A stretch of 64,000 bases of DNA, from NCBI GenBank assembly GCA_030695905.1, contig JAUYOL010000007.1, positions 6,604-70,603 of the forward strand, written 5' to 3'. The notes beneath the pieces are model-generated. The model was not told the DNA's origin. It searched no databases and saw only the letters and a list, made by a program, of their open reading frames with translations. Positions 10,418 to 19,779 of the stretch are shown here, in pieces. A program made the translations under genes and the position numbers. Position 1 is the stretch's first letter; every line of letters begins with the position of its first letter. This stretch comes from Candidatus Omnitrophota bacterium. Lineage in GTDB: Bacteria > Omnitrophota > Gorgyraeia > 2-01-FULL-45-10.

Positions 10418-10780
10418 TCAAACCTCGTTGTTTTCATTTTTTAGATAATCGATAATAAATCCATCTATCCTTTTCCAGATATATGAGCTAAATCGGACGG
10501 GTTTTGGTTTACCGAATTTATCTTTATACCTTAAGTTATAAGTTTTGATCTTAGCGTATAAGATAAATATGGCTTGAGAAAGGATGTCTTCCCCGAAACG
10601 GGCACGATAGGCCGGGAAGGTTATCTTGTTGATCCGGAAGATCACAAACCAGATATGGCGCATGACAAGCTCTTCTTTCTTAGCCTTAGAGCGTCCTTGT
10701 GCTTGTTTAATAAGATGCCTTTCTTGATAAAGAGAGATTTTCGGATATTTGTGCATAATATGGCGATAGGTTTTAAACAT
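10418..10780 (-). CDS. Sigma70 region 1.2/2-only protein (truncated sigma-like)
   Basis: QERHLIKQAQG...KEELVMRHIWFV, EDILSQA..L, RFSSYIWKRIDGFI resemble sigma regions 1.2-2.4; no region 4. Confidence 0.55.
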   Translation of the reverse strand: MFKTYRHIMHKYPKISLYQERHLIKQAQGRSKAKKEELVMRHIWFVIFRINKITFPAYRARFGEDILSQAIFILYAKIKTYNLRYKDKFGKPKPVRFSSYIWKRIDGFIIDYLKNENNEV

Positions 10781-10851
10781 GGCGGTATATTATACAATTT
10801 GCGTATCTGAATCCGAAACGAAAATGGTAAGATTCGGAAAGCGAGAAGGGG

Positions 10852-11155
10852 CTACTGCAAGAGTTTATTCCAGACCTCGATCTGTTTTTGCCAGTCGATT
10901 TCCTTGGTGATATTGCGGATTTTGCGCTCGGTTATTCGAAGGATTTTATCTGTATTGATTAACAGTATCTCTTCCTGTATTTTAGGGCAGAGAAGAAGCA
11001 GATTTATTATCTGTTTTAGTCGCGTATAAGTCATGCCAAGCCAGCCCGCTACTTGGCTTAAGTCTTTTGCCTTTCCCTCAGCAAGCGTCTCCTGTACTTG
11101 ATAAGCCAGCACCAGGTATTGACGTAGTTTTGGTTCGGTAGAGATTTTAGAAAAT
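10852..11155 (-). pseudogene. C-terminal fragment of a serine-recombinase-associated protein
   Basis: LSQVAGWLGMTYTRLKQIINLLLLCPKIQEEIL..ITERKIR..WQKQ pattern typical of recombinase-family C-termini; no catalytic domain; 5' boundary approximate. Confidence 0.5.
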
Positions 11156-11199
11156 TCTTGCCTATAATGACCAATAACTATATAATAGCGCTAGCAAAT

Positions 11200-11338
11200 T
11201 TGACCTTTCGACAAAAGCTCAGGGTCAATCCTGAGCCTGTCGAAGGATTGAGATATAAGGTTATGGGGAGAGGTTATTCTCCCCACCATCCTGCTTCGCC
11301 CTTCGACTCGCAAACTGAGGTAGGGCTACGCAGAGATG
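11200..11338. repeat. Three stacked palindromic (REP/MITE-like) elements
   Basis: TTCGACA..GCTCAGG/CCTGAGC.TGTCGAA (11200-11251); TGGGGAGA/TCTCCCCA (11264-11285); CATC.CTGC..GCCCT/AGGGC..GCAG.GATG (11287-11338). Confidence 0.65.
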
Positions 11339-11355
11339 ATTACTATAATGATTAC

Positions 11356-11441
11356 GCCGAAGTGGTGGAATGGCATACACGATGGTCTCAAAAACCATTA
11401 AGCGTAAGCTTGTGTGGGTTCGACTCCCACCTTCGGCACCA
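11356..11441 (+). tRNA. tRNA-Leu(CAA)
   Basis: GCCGAAG/CTTCGGC acceptor, ATGGT-CTCAAAA-ACCAT anticodon arm, long variable arm, GGTTCGACTCC, CCA. Confidence 0.95.
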
Positions 11442-11464
11442 TTAACAGCTATAAGCTTAAAAAA

Positions 11465-12310
11465 ATGCGCCGTATTGGTATACATGTTTCAATAGCCGGA
11501 AGTATATGGGAGTCGCTGGATAGGACAAGAGCGCTCGGCTGTAACGCGATGCAGATATTCAGCCGCAACCCCAGAGGCTGGCAGGCGGCGGAATTCAAAT
11601 CATCCGATATAGAAAATTTCAGGCGGCTTAAGGCCAAGTATGATATTTCACCGGTTGCGGTCCATATACCATATATAATCAATCTGGCTTCGCCGGAAGA
11701 TAACCTGTATAAAAAATCTATAATAGCCTATATCGAGGATATAGCGCGCGCGGATGTCCTGGGAGCCGAATATTTTGTGACGCATCTCGGCAGCCATGTC
11801 GGCACAGGAGAAAAAGAAGGCATCGCGCGGTTTTCGAAAGCTCTCAACGATATAATAAATAAGGCCAAGCCCAAAGCTGTGATACTATTGGAAAATACCG
11901 CGGGTTCGGGTTCCTGCATAGGATATAGATTCGAGCATTTAAAGCGCATAATAGGTAGCGTCAAACGAAAAGACAGAGTAGGTGTTTGCCTTGACACTGC
12001 TCATACTTTTGAGGCAGGATACGATATAAAGACTGCCGGCGGTCTCGAGAAGACGCTTGAAGACTTTGACAGGCTCGTAGGCATAGATAATATAAAAGTA
12101 GTCCATTTTAATGACAGTCTTTCGCCCATAGGTTCTCATGTGGACAGGCATCAGCATATAGGTAAGGGCAAAATAGGTTTAGAGGCAATGAAGAGAATAA
12201 TCAATTACCCAAGATTAAAGAACGCGGCGTTTATTATGGAAACACCGAAAGAGTCCGATAGAGACGACAGAAGAAATATTGCGGTTGCAAAAAGATTAAT
12301 TAAGGGATAA
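11465..12310 (+). CDS. nfo: Endonuclease IV
   Basis: IGIHVSIAG, VHIPYIINLAS, LLENTAG, VCLDTAH, HFNDS..DRH, IMETP; start moved to the ATG downstream of the tRNA. Confidence 0.95.
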   Translation: MRRIGIHVSIAGSIWESLDRTRALGCNAMQIFSRNPRGWQAAEFKSSDIENFRRLKAKYDISPVAVHIPYIINLASPEDNLYKKSIIAYIEDIARADVLGAEYFVTHLGSHVGTGEKEGIARFSKALNDIINKAKPKAVILLENTAGSGSCIGYRFEHLKRIIGSVKRKDRVGVCLDTAHTFEAGYDIKTAGGLEKTLEDFDRLVGIDNIKVVHFNDSLSPIGSHVDRHQHIGKGKIGLEAMKRIINYPRLKNAAFIMETPKESDRDDRRNIAVAKRLIKG

Positions 12311-12313
12311 TCA

Positions 12314-14824
12314 ATGACAAATTCAGAATTACAGGCCTCCAATCCCGAAACGGCGTATCCCTTCGATAAGATAGAGCCTAAGTGGCAGAAGTTTTGGCGT
12401 GACAAGGGATTGTTTAAGGTAGATACCGCTGATTATAAGAATAAATATTACTGCCTCATGATGTTTCCTTATCCGTCAGCGGCGCTTCATGTTGGCCACG
12501 GCAGAAACTATATTATAGGCGATGTTGTGGTCAGGTACAAGATGATGCAGGGATTGAATGTGCTGACCCCTATGGGATTCGACGCGTTTGGCCTGCCGGC
12601 TGAAAACGCGGCCATAAAAGGCGGGCTCCACCCGGAGACCTCCACATTAAATAATATAAGCACAATGAGAAGGCAGCTCAACCAATGGGGAGTAGAATAC
12701 GACTGGGACAGGGTCGTCATATCATGCCTTCCCGATTATTATAAATGGACGCAGTGGCTATTTACAAAACTCTACGAAAAAGGGCTTGCGTATAAGAAGA
12801 AAGCTTTTGTTAACTGGTGCCCTTCGTGTAAGACGGTTTTGGCTAATGAGCAGGTAGTGAACGGCGGATGCGAAAGGTGCGACACCCAGGTACTGCAGAA
12901 GGATCTTGAGCAGTGGTTTTTCAAAATTACCGCGTATGCCGAAAGGCTGCTTAAGGATCTCGATAAATTAGAGCACTGGCCCGAGCGCGTAAAGATGATG
13001 CAAAAGAACTGGATAGGAAGAAGCGAGGGCGTAAAGATAGATTTTAAGATAGACGGCTTGAATGAAATCTTAAAGTGTTTTACTACAAGGGTAGATACGA
13101 TATACGGAGCCACATTTATAGCGCTTGCGCCTGAACATCCTCTTGTCGAAAAATTGATCAAAGGCGCCGGGGGCGAGCAAGACGCTTATAAGCTTATACA
13201 AAAGATGCGGGATGAGAGCAAAATAGACCGCGCCGATGCCGAGGTGGAGAAAGAGGGCGTTTTTACCGGACGGTATGTGATAAATCCGGTAAATAACGAG
13301 AAGATCCCGATATGGGTGGCCAATTATATACTCATGGAATACGGTTCAGGCGCGATAATGGCCGTGCCCGCGCACGACCAGAGAGATTTTGAATTCGCGA
13401 AGATGTATAAATTGCCCATAAAAGTGGTTATAGATGATCCTAAAAATCCGCTCGATGCCGGAACGATGAAAGAGGCGCGTATAGGCGAAGGCGTAATGAT
13501 AAATTCCGGTCAGTTTAACGGTATTAAATCGGAGATAGCGATAGAGAATATAGCGGACTATTTTGAAGAGAATAAATTCGGCAAGCGTTCCATCCAGTAC
13601 AAGCTTAGAGACTGGCTTATTTCGCGTCAGCGTTTCTGGGGCGCTCCCATACCAATCATATATTGCGATAAATGCGGCACAATGTCAGTGGCAGAAAAGG
13701 ACCTGCCGGTCCTTTTGCCTAAAAATATTGAGTTTAAACCTACAGGCGAATCGCCATTAAAGTCCGGCAAAGATTTTGTGAATACCAAATGTCCAAAATG
13801 CGGCGGTCCCGCGACCAGAGAGACCGACACTATGGATACATTTGTCGATTCAAGCTGGTATTTCCTGCGCTACATAACACCGCACCTAAAAGATAAGCCC
13901 TTTGACACAGGATTGGTAAATAAATGGCTGCCTGTGGACCAGTATATAGGCGGTGTAGAGCATGCGATACTTCACTTGTTATATTCCAGGTTCATAACGA
14001 AATTTTTACATGATATAAAATGGATAGGATTCGATGAGCCGTTTAAGAATCTCTTTACCCAGGGTATGATAATAAAGGACGGGGCGAAGATGTCGAAGTC
14101 CAAGGGTAACGTCGTAAGCCCAGATAAACTGATCGCCTCTTACGGAGCTGATACCGTCAGGCTTTATACACTGTTTATAGGCCCGCCTGAAAAGGACGCG
14201 GAATGGTCCGATCGCGGCGTAGAGGGCGCGTACAGATTTTTAGGCAGGGTGTGGAGACTCGTTGAGCGGGTCAAAGCCCAGGGGTCAAGGGGCAAGGAAA
14301 AAAAGAGCGAAAATTTCATAAAAGAGGAAGAGGCGCTTAGGAGAAAGACGCACCTGACGATAAAGAAGGTGACCCAAGACTTTGACGGCGGGTTCCATTT
14401 TAATACAGCGATAAGCTCCATAATGGAGTTGGTCAACGAGACATACGATTATATAGGTAAAACCGGATCAGAAGGGCAGGGAAAAATATTAAATGAGGCG
14501 ATTGAGGCCATCATTATTCTACTTTCGCCTTTTGTGCCGCACATAGCCGAAGAGTTGTGGCATCTTATCGGTAAGGAGAATAGCATATTTAAGACAAAGT
14601 GGCCGGCATATGACAAGGCCGCGATAGTCGAGAATGTCGTGACCATGGTTGTCCAGGTGAACGGCAAGGTCAGGTCAAAGATAGACGTGCCGTTTAATAT
14701 TAAAGAAGAAGATCTCAAAATAAAGGTATTGACCGACCCTAAGATAAAAGAATTATCGGCCAATAAAACGCTAAAAAATTTTATCGTAGTTCCGAAAAAA
14801 CTGGTAAATGTAGTCCTGCAATAA
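12314..14824 (+). CDS. leuS: Leucine--tRNA ligase
   Basis: MFPYPS..LHVGH, GFDAFGLPAENAA, DWLISRQRFWG, KMSKSKGN. Confidence 0.98.
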   Translation: MTNSELQASNPETAYPFDKIEPKWQKFWRDKGLFKVDTADYKNKYYCLMMFPYPSAALHVGHGRNYIIGDVVVRYKMMQGLNVLTPMGFDAFGLPAENAAIKGGLHPETSTLNNISTMRRQLNQWGVEYDWDRVVISCLPDYYKWTQWLFTKLYEKGLAYKKKAFVNWCPSCKTVLANEQVVNGGCERCDTQVLQKDLEQWFFKITAYAERLLKDLDKLEHWPERVKMMQKNWIGRSEGVKIDFKIDGLNEILKCFTTRVDTIYGATFIALAPEHPLVEKLIKGAGGEQDAYKLIQKMRDESKIDRADAEVEKEGVFTGRYVINPVNNEKIPIWVANYILMEYGSGAIMAVPAHDQRDFEFAKMYKLPIKVVIDDPKNPLDAGTMKEARIGEGVMINSGQFNGIKSEIAIENIADYFEENKFGKRSIQYKLRDWLISRQRFWGAPIPIIYCDKCGTMSVAEKDLPVLLPKNIEFKPTGESPLKSGKDFVNTKCPKCGGPATRETDTMDTFVDSSWYFLRYITPHLKDKPFDTGLVNKWLPVDQYIGGVEHAILHLLYSRFITKFLHDIKWIGFDEPFKNLFTQGMIIKDGAKMSKSKGNVVSPDKLIASYGADTVRLYTLFIGPPEKDAEWSDRGVEGAYRFLGRVWRLVERVKAQGSRGKEKKSENFIKEEEALRRKTHLTIKKVTQDFDGGFHFNTAISSIMELVNETYDYIGKTGSEGQGKILNEAIEAIIILLSPFVPHIAEELWHLIGKENSIFKTKWPAYDKAAIVENVVTMVVQVNGKVRSKIDVPFNIKEEDLKIKVLTDPKIKELSANKTLKNFIVVPKKLVNVVLQ

Positions 14825-15172
14825 ATGTTTAATCTCTCAATCAGAGAAAGATTTATAATCCTGTTTTTGACAGCAACCCTCCTACTGGGCTTGTCAGTCA
14901 TATTTTATCGCAAAGCCAATTCCGTTGTAGATGTGAAGATAAAGGCTTTTGATTATGCCGGAGAGCTCACGGATATCAAAAAGATCAATATCAATGACGC
15001 GGGCCAATCTGCATTGATGAGCCTGCCCGGAGTAGGCAAATCGCTGGCGGATAATATAGTAGAATACAGATCCCTGGCCGGGAATTTCATATCCATAGAA
15101 GAGATAAAGAAGGTAAAAGGAATAAAAGACAGCCTGTTTGACAAGATAAAAGATTACATAACCGTCGAATGA
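14825..15172 (+). CDS. comEA: ComEA-like DNA-binding protein (TM + HhH)
   Basis: ININDA...LPGVGKSLA..IVEYR...VKGI; immediately upstream of comEC. Confidence 0.88.
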   Translation: MFNLSIRERFIILFLTATLLLGLSVIFYRKANSVVDVKIKAFDYAGELTDIKKININDAGQSALMSLPGVGKSLADNIVEYRSLAGNFISIEEIKKVKGIKDSLFDKIKDYITVE

Positions 15173-17523
15173 AGCGGCCCATCCTATATTGCGCAATATC
15201 TTTTTGTATCGGCATAGCCTACGCGTATTTTTTCAGTATCCCTATAATCTATTTTGCGGCGGCGAGCATCTTTCTTATAATACTTGCCGCGGTTTTCTTT
15301 AAAAACAATATCCTCTCCCACATATTTTTGTATATCGCCTTAATACTTTTTGCGGCGGTATATTATCAAAATTATAATATCCTGCCGAATGACCATATCT
15401 ATAATTTCACTTCGGGTGAAAGCAAAAAAGCGCTGGTCAAAGGTATCGTAGCCGATGACCCGGTGAGCAAAAAAGCATTTTATGGTAAAGAGAAGACAAG
15501 CCTTACCTTAAAAACAGAACTTTTAGTAGAAGACGATAAGGCCTTTGTGGTTACCGGGCTTATCAAGGTTGATATATACGCAGATGAAAAGCTAAATAAT
15601 GTAAATTTTGGCGACCGGATAACCGTGTATGGAAAGCTGCGCAGGCCCGAAGGCTTAAAGAATCCGGGATTATTCGATTATTCAAACTATCTTAAGATAA
15701 GAAATGTGTATGCGCTGCTGACGGCCAACGGGCCTGGATCCATAAGCCTTATTAAAAACGCACAGCTCTCGCGCGTAAGGCTTGAAGCGTATTCTTTGAG
15801 GCACGGGATAAATGATTATATAGATAAATATGTAGATGGCCGCTACAGCGCCTTCATTAAGGCGATATTGACGGGCGTGCGCAGCGAACTCGATACCATG
15901 GTAATGGATGATTTTATAAAGACCGGGACCGTGCACGTAATAGCGATAAGCGGACTGAATATAGCGCTTATAGCGGGAATGTTCATATTTATTTTTAAGG
16001 CGCTCGGTATAAGAAAAAAATTCAATCTTATCCTTACCTCGGCGCTTATGATCTTCTATTGTTTTGTGGCGGGGGTAAGTCCGCCTGTCGTCAGGGCGAC
16101 TATAATGTTCTTTATAGTCTCTTTAGGATACCTTATCGACAGGGAGTCGGACATCCTTAATTCGTTATCGATAGCCGCATTTATAATTCTGCTTGCAAAC
16201 CCGAATGAACTCTTTGACCCGAGTTTTCAGCTGTCATTCGTGTCTATATTAGGAATAGTGCTTTTTTCGCCAAAGATGGAAGGCCTTTTTGGCCCCAGGC
16301 CAAATTACTTTACCAAGGGCGCGGCAATATCCATAGCCGCGATTATCGCCGTTTCGCCGATAGTAAGCAGATACTTTAATATCGTTTCGCCGGTAGCGAT
16401 AGTGGCGAACCTTGTTATAGTTCCGGCTCTATTTGTCATAACTATAGTGTCGTTTGTATTTCTCGCTTTGAATTTTCTCGGGTTGAACCTTTTATCCGTA
16501 TACGCGGGCCACGCGCTCTCTTTACTGACGCAGATAACTTTTTATATAAACCATATATTCGCGCAGATACCCTTGTCTCACATAAGAATACCATTCGCGT
16601 CATTTCCTTTTTTATTGCTGTATTATGCTTTTATATTTTCATTCTTTTTTCTGAAGAGGAAGATAGAGGTGTTGATATTGGCATTATTGGTTCTGAATTT
16701 TGCGGTTTGGGGAAATGTTTTCGCGGCACAAGGCGAGGAGCTCAAAATAACATATATCGATGTTGGCATGGGCGATAGTATATTGCTGGAGTTCCCCAAC
16801 AAAACCACTATGCTTATAGACGCGGGCTCCGGCGGCATAGAAGGCTTGTCGGATATGGGGAGGTCTATCGTGGCGCCTATATTGTGGAACAAAGGGATCG
16901 ACAGGCTTGACGCTGTAATATGCACACATTTTCATTCTGACCACACCGGCGGCGCATTGTACATACTGAAAAATTTTGATATAGGTTGCGTGATGGATAA
17001 TGGCATACCGCCCGACTCGAGGCAGCGCCTTTATGATAGTTATAGAAAAATTATTTTGCAGAGGAATTTGCGCCGTCTCGTTGTGGCTGGGCCGGAAGAG
17101 ATTACGGGTTTTGGGGATGTGAAGCTTTTTGTGATAAATCCTCCCGAAGGAAGCACGATGCCCGACGCCAATAATAATTCCGTAGTTATCAAGCTTGAGT
17201 ATAAAAATTTTTCAGCGCTATTTTGCGGCGACGCTTCCAGCGAGGCTATGCGGAATATGTTTAAATACGGAGGCCTTTTAAAATCGAATATATTGAAAAT
17301 TCCTCATCACGGCGGATCGACAGGGAAGGCAGTTACAACAAAAGCATTCCTCGATCTGGTATCTCCGGAAATTTCTATAGTAAGTTCAGGCGCGGATTTT
17401 CATATGAAAAACCCTCTTATGTATTCCAAATCACAAATATACGATACGAAAGATAATGGCGCGATAGAAATAATTACCGATGGCCTGAACTTCAAAGTTA
17501 AGCCATTTCGCCCGGAAAACTAA
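15169..17523 (+). CDS. comEC: DNA uptake channel ComEC/Rec2
   Basis: NPGLFDY, GTVHVIAISGLN, PPVVRA, FQLSF, IDVGMGD, THFHSDH, KIPHHG. Confidence 0.93.
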   Translation: MKRPILYCAISFCIGIAYAYFFSIPIIYFAAASIFLIILAAVFFKNNILSHIFLYIALILFAAVYYQNYNILPNDHIYNFTSGESKKALVKGIVADDPVSKKAFYGKEKTSLTLKTELLVEDDKAFVVTGLIKVDIYADEKLNNVNFGDRITVYGKLRRPEGLKNPGLFDYSNYLKIRNVYALLTANGPGSISLIKNAQLSRVRLEAYSLRHGINDYIDKYVDGRYSAFIKAILTGVRSELDTMVMDDFIKTGTVHVIAISGLNIALIAGMFIFIFKALGIRKKFNLILTSALMIFYCFVAGVSPPVVRATIMFFIVSLGYLIDRESDILNSLSIAAFIILLANPNELFDPSFQLSFVSILGIVLFSPKMEGLFGPRPNYFTKGAAISIAAIIAVSPIVSRYFNIVSPVAIVANLVIVPALFVITIVSFVFLALNFLGLNLLSVYAGHALSLLTQITFYINHIFAQIPLSHIRIPFASFPFLLLYYAFIFSFFFLKRKIEVLILALLVLNFAVWGNVFAAQGEELKITYIDVGMGDSILLEFPNKTTMLIDAGSGGIEGLSDMGRSIVAPILWNKGIDRLDAVICTHFHSDHTGGALYILKNFDIGCVMDNGIPPDSRQRLYDSYRKIILQRNLRRLVVAGPEEITGFGDVKLFVINPPEGSTMPDANNNSVVIKLEYKNFSALFCGDASSEAMRNMFKYGGLLKSNILKIPHHGGSTGKAVTTKAFLDLVSPEISIVSSGADFHMKNPLMYSKSQIYDTKDNGAIEIITDGLNFKVKPFRPEN

Positions 17524-17540
17524 CTTTTTTATATTTTACC

Positions 17541-17569
17541 TTGACAAACAGAGGATCATGTGGTATATT
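17541..17569 (+). promoter_or_regulatory. sigma70-type promoter (TTGACA-N17-TATATT, extended -10)
   Basis: Near-perfect consensus upstream of the PilZ gene. Confidence 0.65.
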
Positions 17570-17645
17570 TGTCGCAACGATAAATAGTAAATGTACGGAA
17601 CAACGCAATTATTCTTAAGTAAAACCAAGAAGGTGAAGGTAAGTT

Positions 17646-18011
17646 ATGGAGATGCAGCCAGGTAGTATTGTAGAAAGGCGTCGCACTCAGAGAATAGATT
17701 CGAATTTGCCGGTAAGGTATAAAAACCTAAGAACGACCACGTCTCCAATGGGTTCGCTGACTAAAGATATCAGCGAAGGAGGTATTCGTTTTAAAACCAC
17801 AGAGTTTATTTCACTCGCCTGCCGTCTTGTGGTAGAGATTACCATTCCGACGGTGCAGAGGCCGATAAAAGCCATATCAAAAGTGGCATGGATCAGGAAG
17901 GCTTCTTCGGGCAATCAGTATGAGCTCGGAAATCAATTCCTGGAAATATCAAAAGAGGACAAGGCTGCGATAACGGATTATGTTAGCCGCCTCTCCAGCG
18001 CTACCACCTAA
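17646..18011 (+). CDS. Stand-alone PilZ-domain (c-di-GMP-binding) protein
   Basis: ERRRTQR (RxxxR) and DISEGG (DxSxxG). Confidence 0.9.
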   Translation: MEMQPGSIVERRRTQRIDSNLPVRYKNLRTTTSPMGSLTKDISEGGIRFKTTEFISLACRLVVEITIPTVQRPIKAISKVAWIRKASSGNQYELGNQFLEISKEDKAAITDYVSRLSSATT

Positions 18012-18061
18012 AGTAATAAAACGACTTTCAAATCTTCTAAAACTATACTCCAAATTATTCT

Positions 18062-18090
18062 TTGACCTTCATTATACTACGTGGTATAAT
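18062..18090 (+). promoter_or_regulatory. sigma70-type promoter (TTGACC-N17-TATAAT, extended -10)
   Basis: Near-consensus, ending 14 nt before the bamD ATG; no SD. Confidence 0.65.
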
Positions 18091-18104
18091 TCGAATCCTA
18101 CCAT

Positions 18105-19757
18105 ATGAAAAAGAATAGTCTCTATATAATATCGTTGTCCCTGATATGTATTTTTGCGTTTGCCTCGGATGCCTATGCCCCATGGATATGGACTCCTGAG
18201 ACAAAGAAATTTACAAATCCTAAGAACGCGGTAAAAGACACTCCTAAAGAACAGTTCGACTGGGCCATGAGTTTCTATGACGCCAAGGACTATCAGCGCG
18301 CGTCATTCGAATTTGATAAATTAGCCAAGCAGTATGAATTTTCCGATTATGCCTCAAAATCCCAGTACTATGTGGGCCTTTGCAATGAGAATATGCAGAA
18401 GTATTACACAGCATTCGAAAGTTACCAGAAGGCCATAGACAATTTTCCACATCTATCCAATATCGATGAAGTGCTTGCCCGGCAATACGCGATAGGCCTT
18501 ATATATCTGGAGAAACCCAGCCCGAAAGTCATGGGCAATGATATCATGGCCCCCCTTGACAGGGCGGTGGAGATATTTAAAAAGGTGGTAGAGAACGCGC
18601 CATACGGGAAATACGCTCACGACGCGCAATTTAAGCTGGGAGAAGCGCTAAAAAAGAGCGAGAGGTATGACGAGGCCGTGCAGGCATATCATAAATTGGT
18701 CGAGGATTATCCAAATTCAGAGCATGCCACAAAGGCGATGTATGAGGAGTCGCATTGCGCTTACAAAGCGTCGCTAAGGCCAGCTTATGATGCCAGCGCT
18801 ACCGACAGCGCAATAAAGACTTTTGAGAAATTTGTGAATAAGAATAAAGACTCCGAGCTTGCCCAAAAAGCCGATAAAACCATGAAACGGCTTAAAGATA
18901 ATGTAGCCGAAAAATCGTTTGAGACGGCTCAATTTTATGAGTCCCAAGGCAAACCCGCCGCCGCGATAATATATTACCAGGATGTTATAGACACATATCC
19001 AGACAGTTCTTTTGTCGATAAGGCAAAAGCCAAGGTAGAAGCGCTGAAAAATCCTAAACCCAAGAAGGTTGCGGCTCCTCTTGAATTCAAAAAAAAACCG
19101 AGGCCGGTAAGCCAGGAGGCGCAGAAGAAGGCCCCCTGGAGGCCATTGAGTTTTCTGGGCGCAAAGAAGCAAGATCCTGCGCCATCGCCAGTGGAAACTC
19201 CTAAGCCAGTCGAAGTTCCTAAAGCCGAGCCTGTAAAAATTATTGCAGAGACACCGGCTCCAGTGCCGCAGTCGCAACCATCTGTGGTTGAACCCGCGCC
19301 GGAGGCTGTGTCGCAACCGCCGGTAGAAGCTCCAAAAGCTGAGGAAGCGCCGCAAGCATTAGTAGAAACTCCCAAGGCAGAGCCTGTTGCGCAAGTGGTC
19401 GAGACTCCAAAAACCGAAGAGGTGGTTGTTCCTGTTCGGGAGGCTCCAAAGAAAAAAGCCTGGAAGCCGTTCAGTTTTGACTCCAAGAAAAAAGATGTGG
19501 CTGTCCAGACCAAAGAGACCCCAAAGAAAGATTGGAAGCCGTTTAATTTTGATAAAAAGAAAGAAGCCGCAGCCAAAACTGAAGAGGCGGTTGCCCAATC
19601 CAAGGAAACACCAAAGAAAAAAGCCTGGAAGCCATTCAACTTTGACACCGAGAAAGAATCCGTTAAAGAAGTCCAGAAGAAGGAATGGATACCTCTGTAT
19701 TTTGGCACTAATGACGAGCCGATGGGGGTCAAGAGACCGGAAGCTCAAAAACTTTAA
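18105..19757 (+). CDS. bamD: BamD-like TPR protein with long low-complexity C-terminal tail
   Basis: Signal peptide, YfiO-type TPRs (VAEKSFETAQFYE..G..AAAIIYYQDVIDTYPDS), position upstream of lptE-holA; ~235-aa Pro/Glu/Lys tail. Confidence 0.78.
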   Translation: MKKNSLYIISLSLICIFAFASDAYAPWIWTPETKKFTNPKNAVKDTPKEQFDWAMSFYDAKDYQRASFEFDKLAKQYEFSDYASKSQYYVGLCNENMQKYYTAFESYQKAIDNFPHLSNIDEVLARQYAIGLIYLEKPSPKVMGNDIMAPLDRAVEIFKKVVENAPYGKYAHDAQFKLGEALKKSERYDEAVQAYHKLVEDYPNSEHATKAMYEESHCAYKASLRPAYDASATDSAIKTFEKFVNKNKDSELAQKADKTMKRLKDNVAEKSFETAQFYESQGKPAAAIIYYQDVIDTYPDSSFVDKAKAKVEALKNPKPKKVAAPLEFKKKPRPVSQEAQKKAPWRPLSFLGAKKQDPAPSPVETPKPVEVPKAEPVKIIAETPAPVPQSQPSVVEPAPEAVSQPPVEAPKAEEAPQALVETPKAEPVAQVVETPKTEEVVVPVREAPKKKAWKPFSFDSKKKDVAVQTKETPKKDWKPFNFDKKKEAAAKTEEAVAQSKETPKKKAWKPFNFDTEKESVKEVQKKEWIPLYFGTNDEPMGVKRPEAQKL

Positions 19758-19779
19758 TAAAGTATAAAAGGGGTCGAAA

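Larger units (their letters stand above)
9367..11160 (-). mobile_element. Degenerate genomic-island remnant between tRNA-Ala and tRNA-Leu
   Basis: Four minus-strand accessory genes (ImmA, XRE, partial sigma, recombinase-associated fragment) between two tRNAs in an otherwise plus-strand housekeeping run; no att duplication found. Confidence 0.6.

Noticed and set aside
9058-11355. Intact prophage or ICE
   Set aside because: Only ~2.3 kb, with no integrase catalytic domain, structural or conjugation genes, and no tRNA 3'-end duplication that I could find.
11158-11485. ORFs 11158-11445 and 11261-11485, and the extended nfo start at 11414
   Set aside because: They run through palindromic elements and tRNA-Leu; nfo homology begins at ATG 11465.
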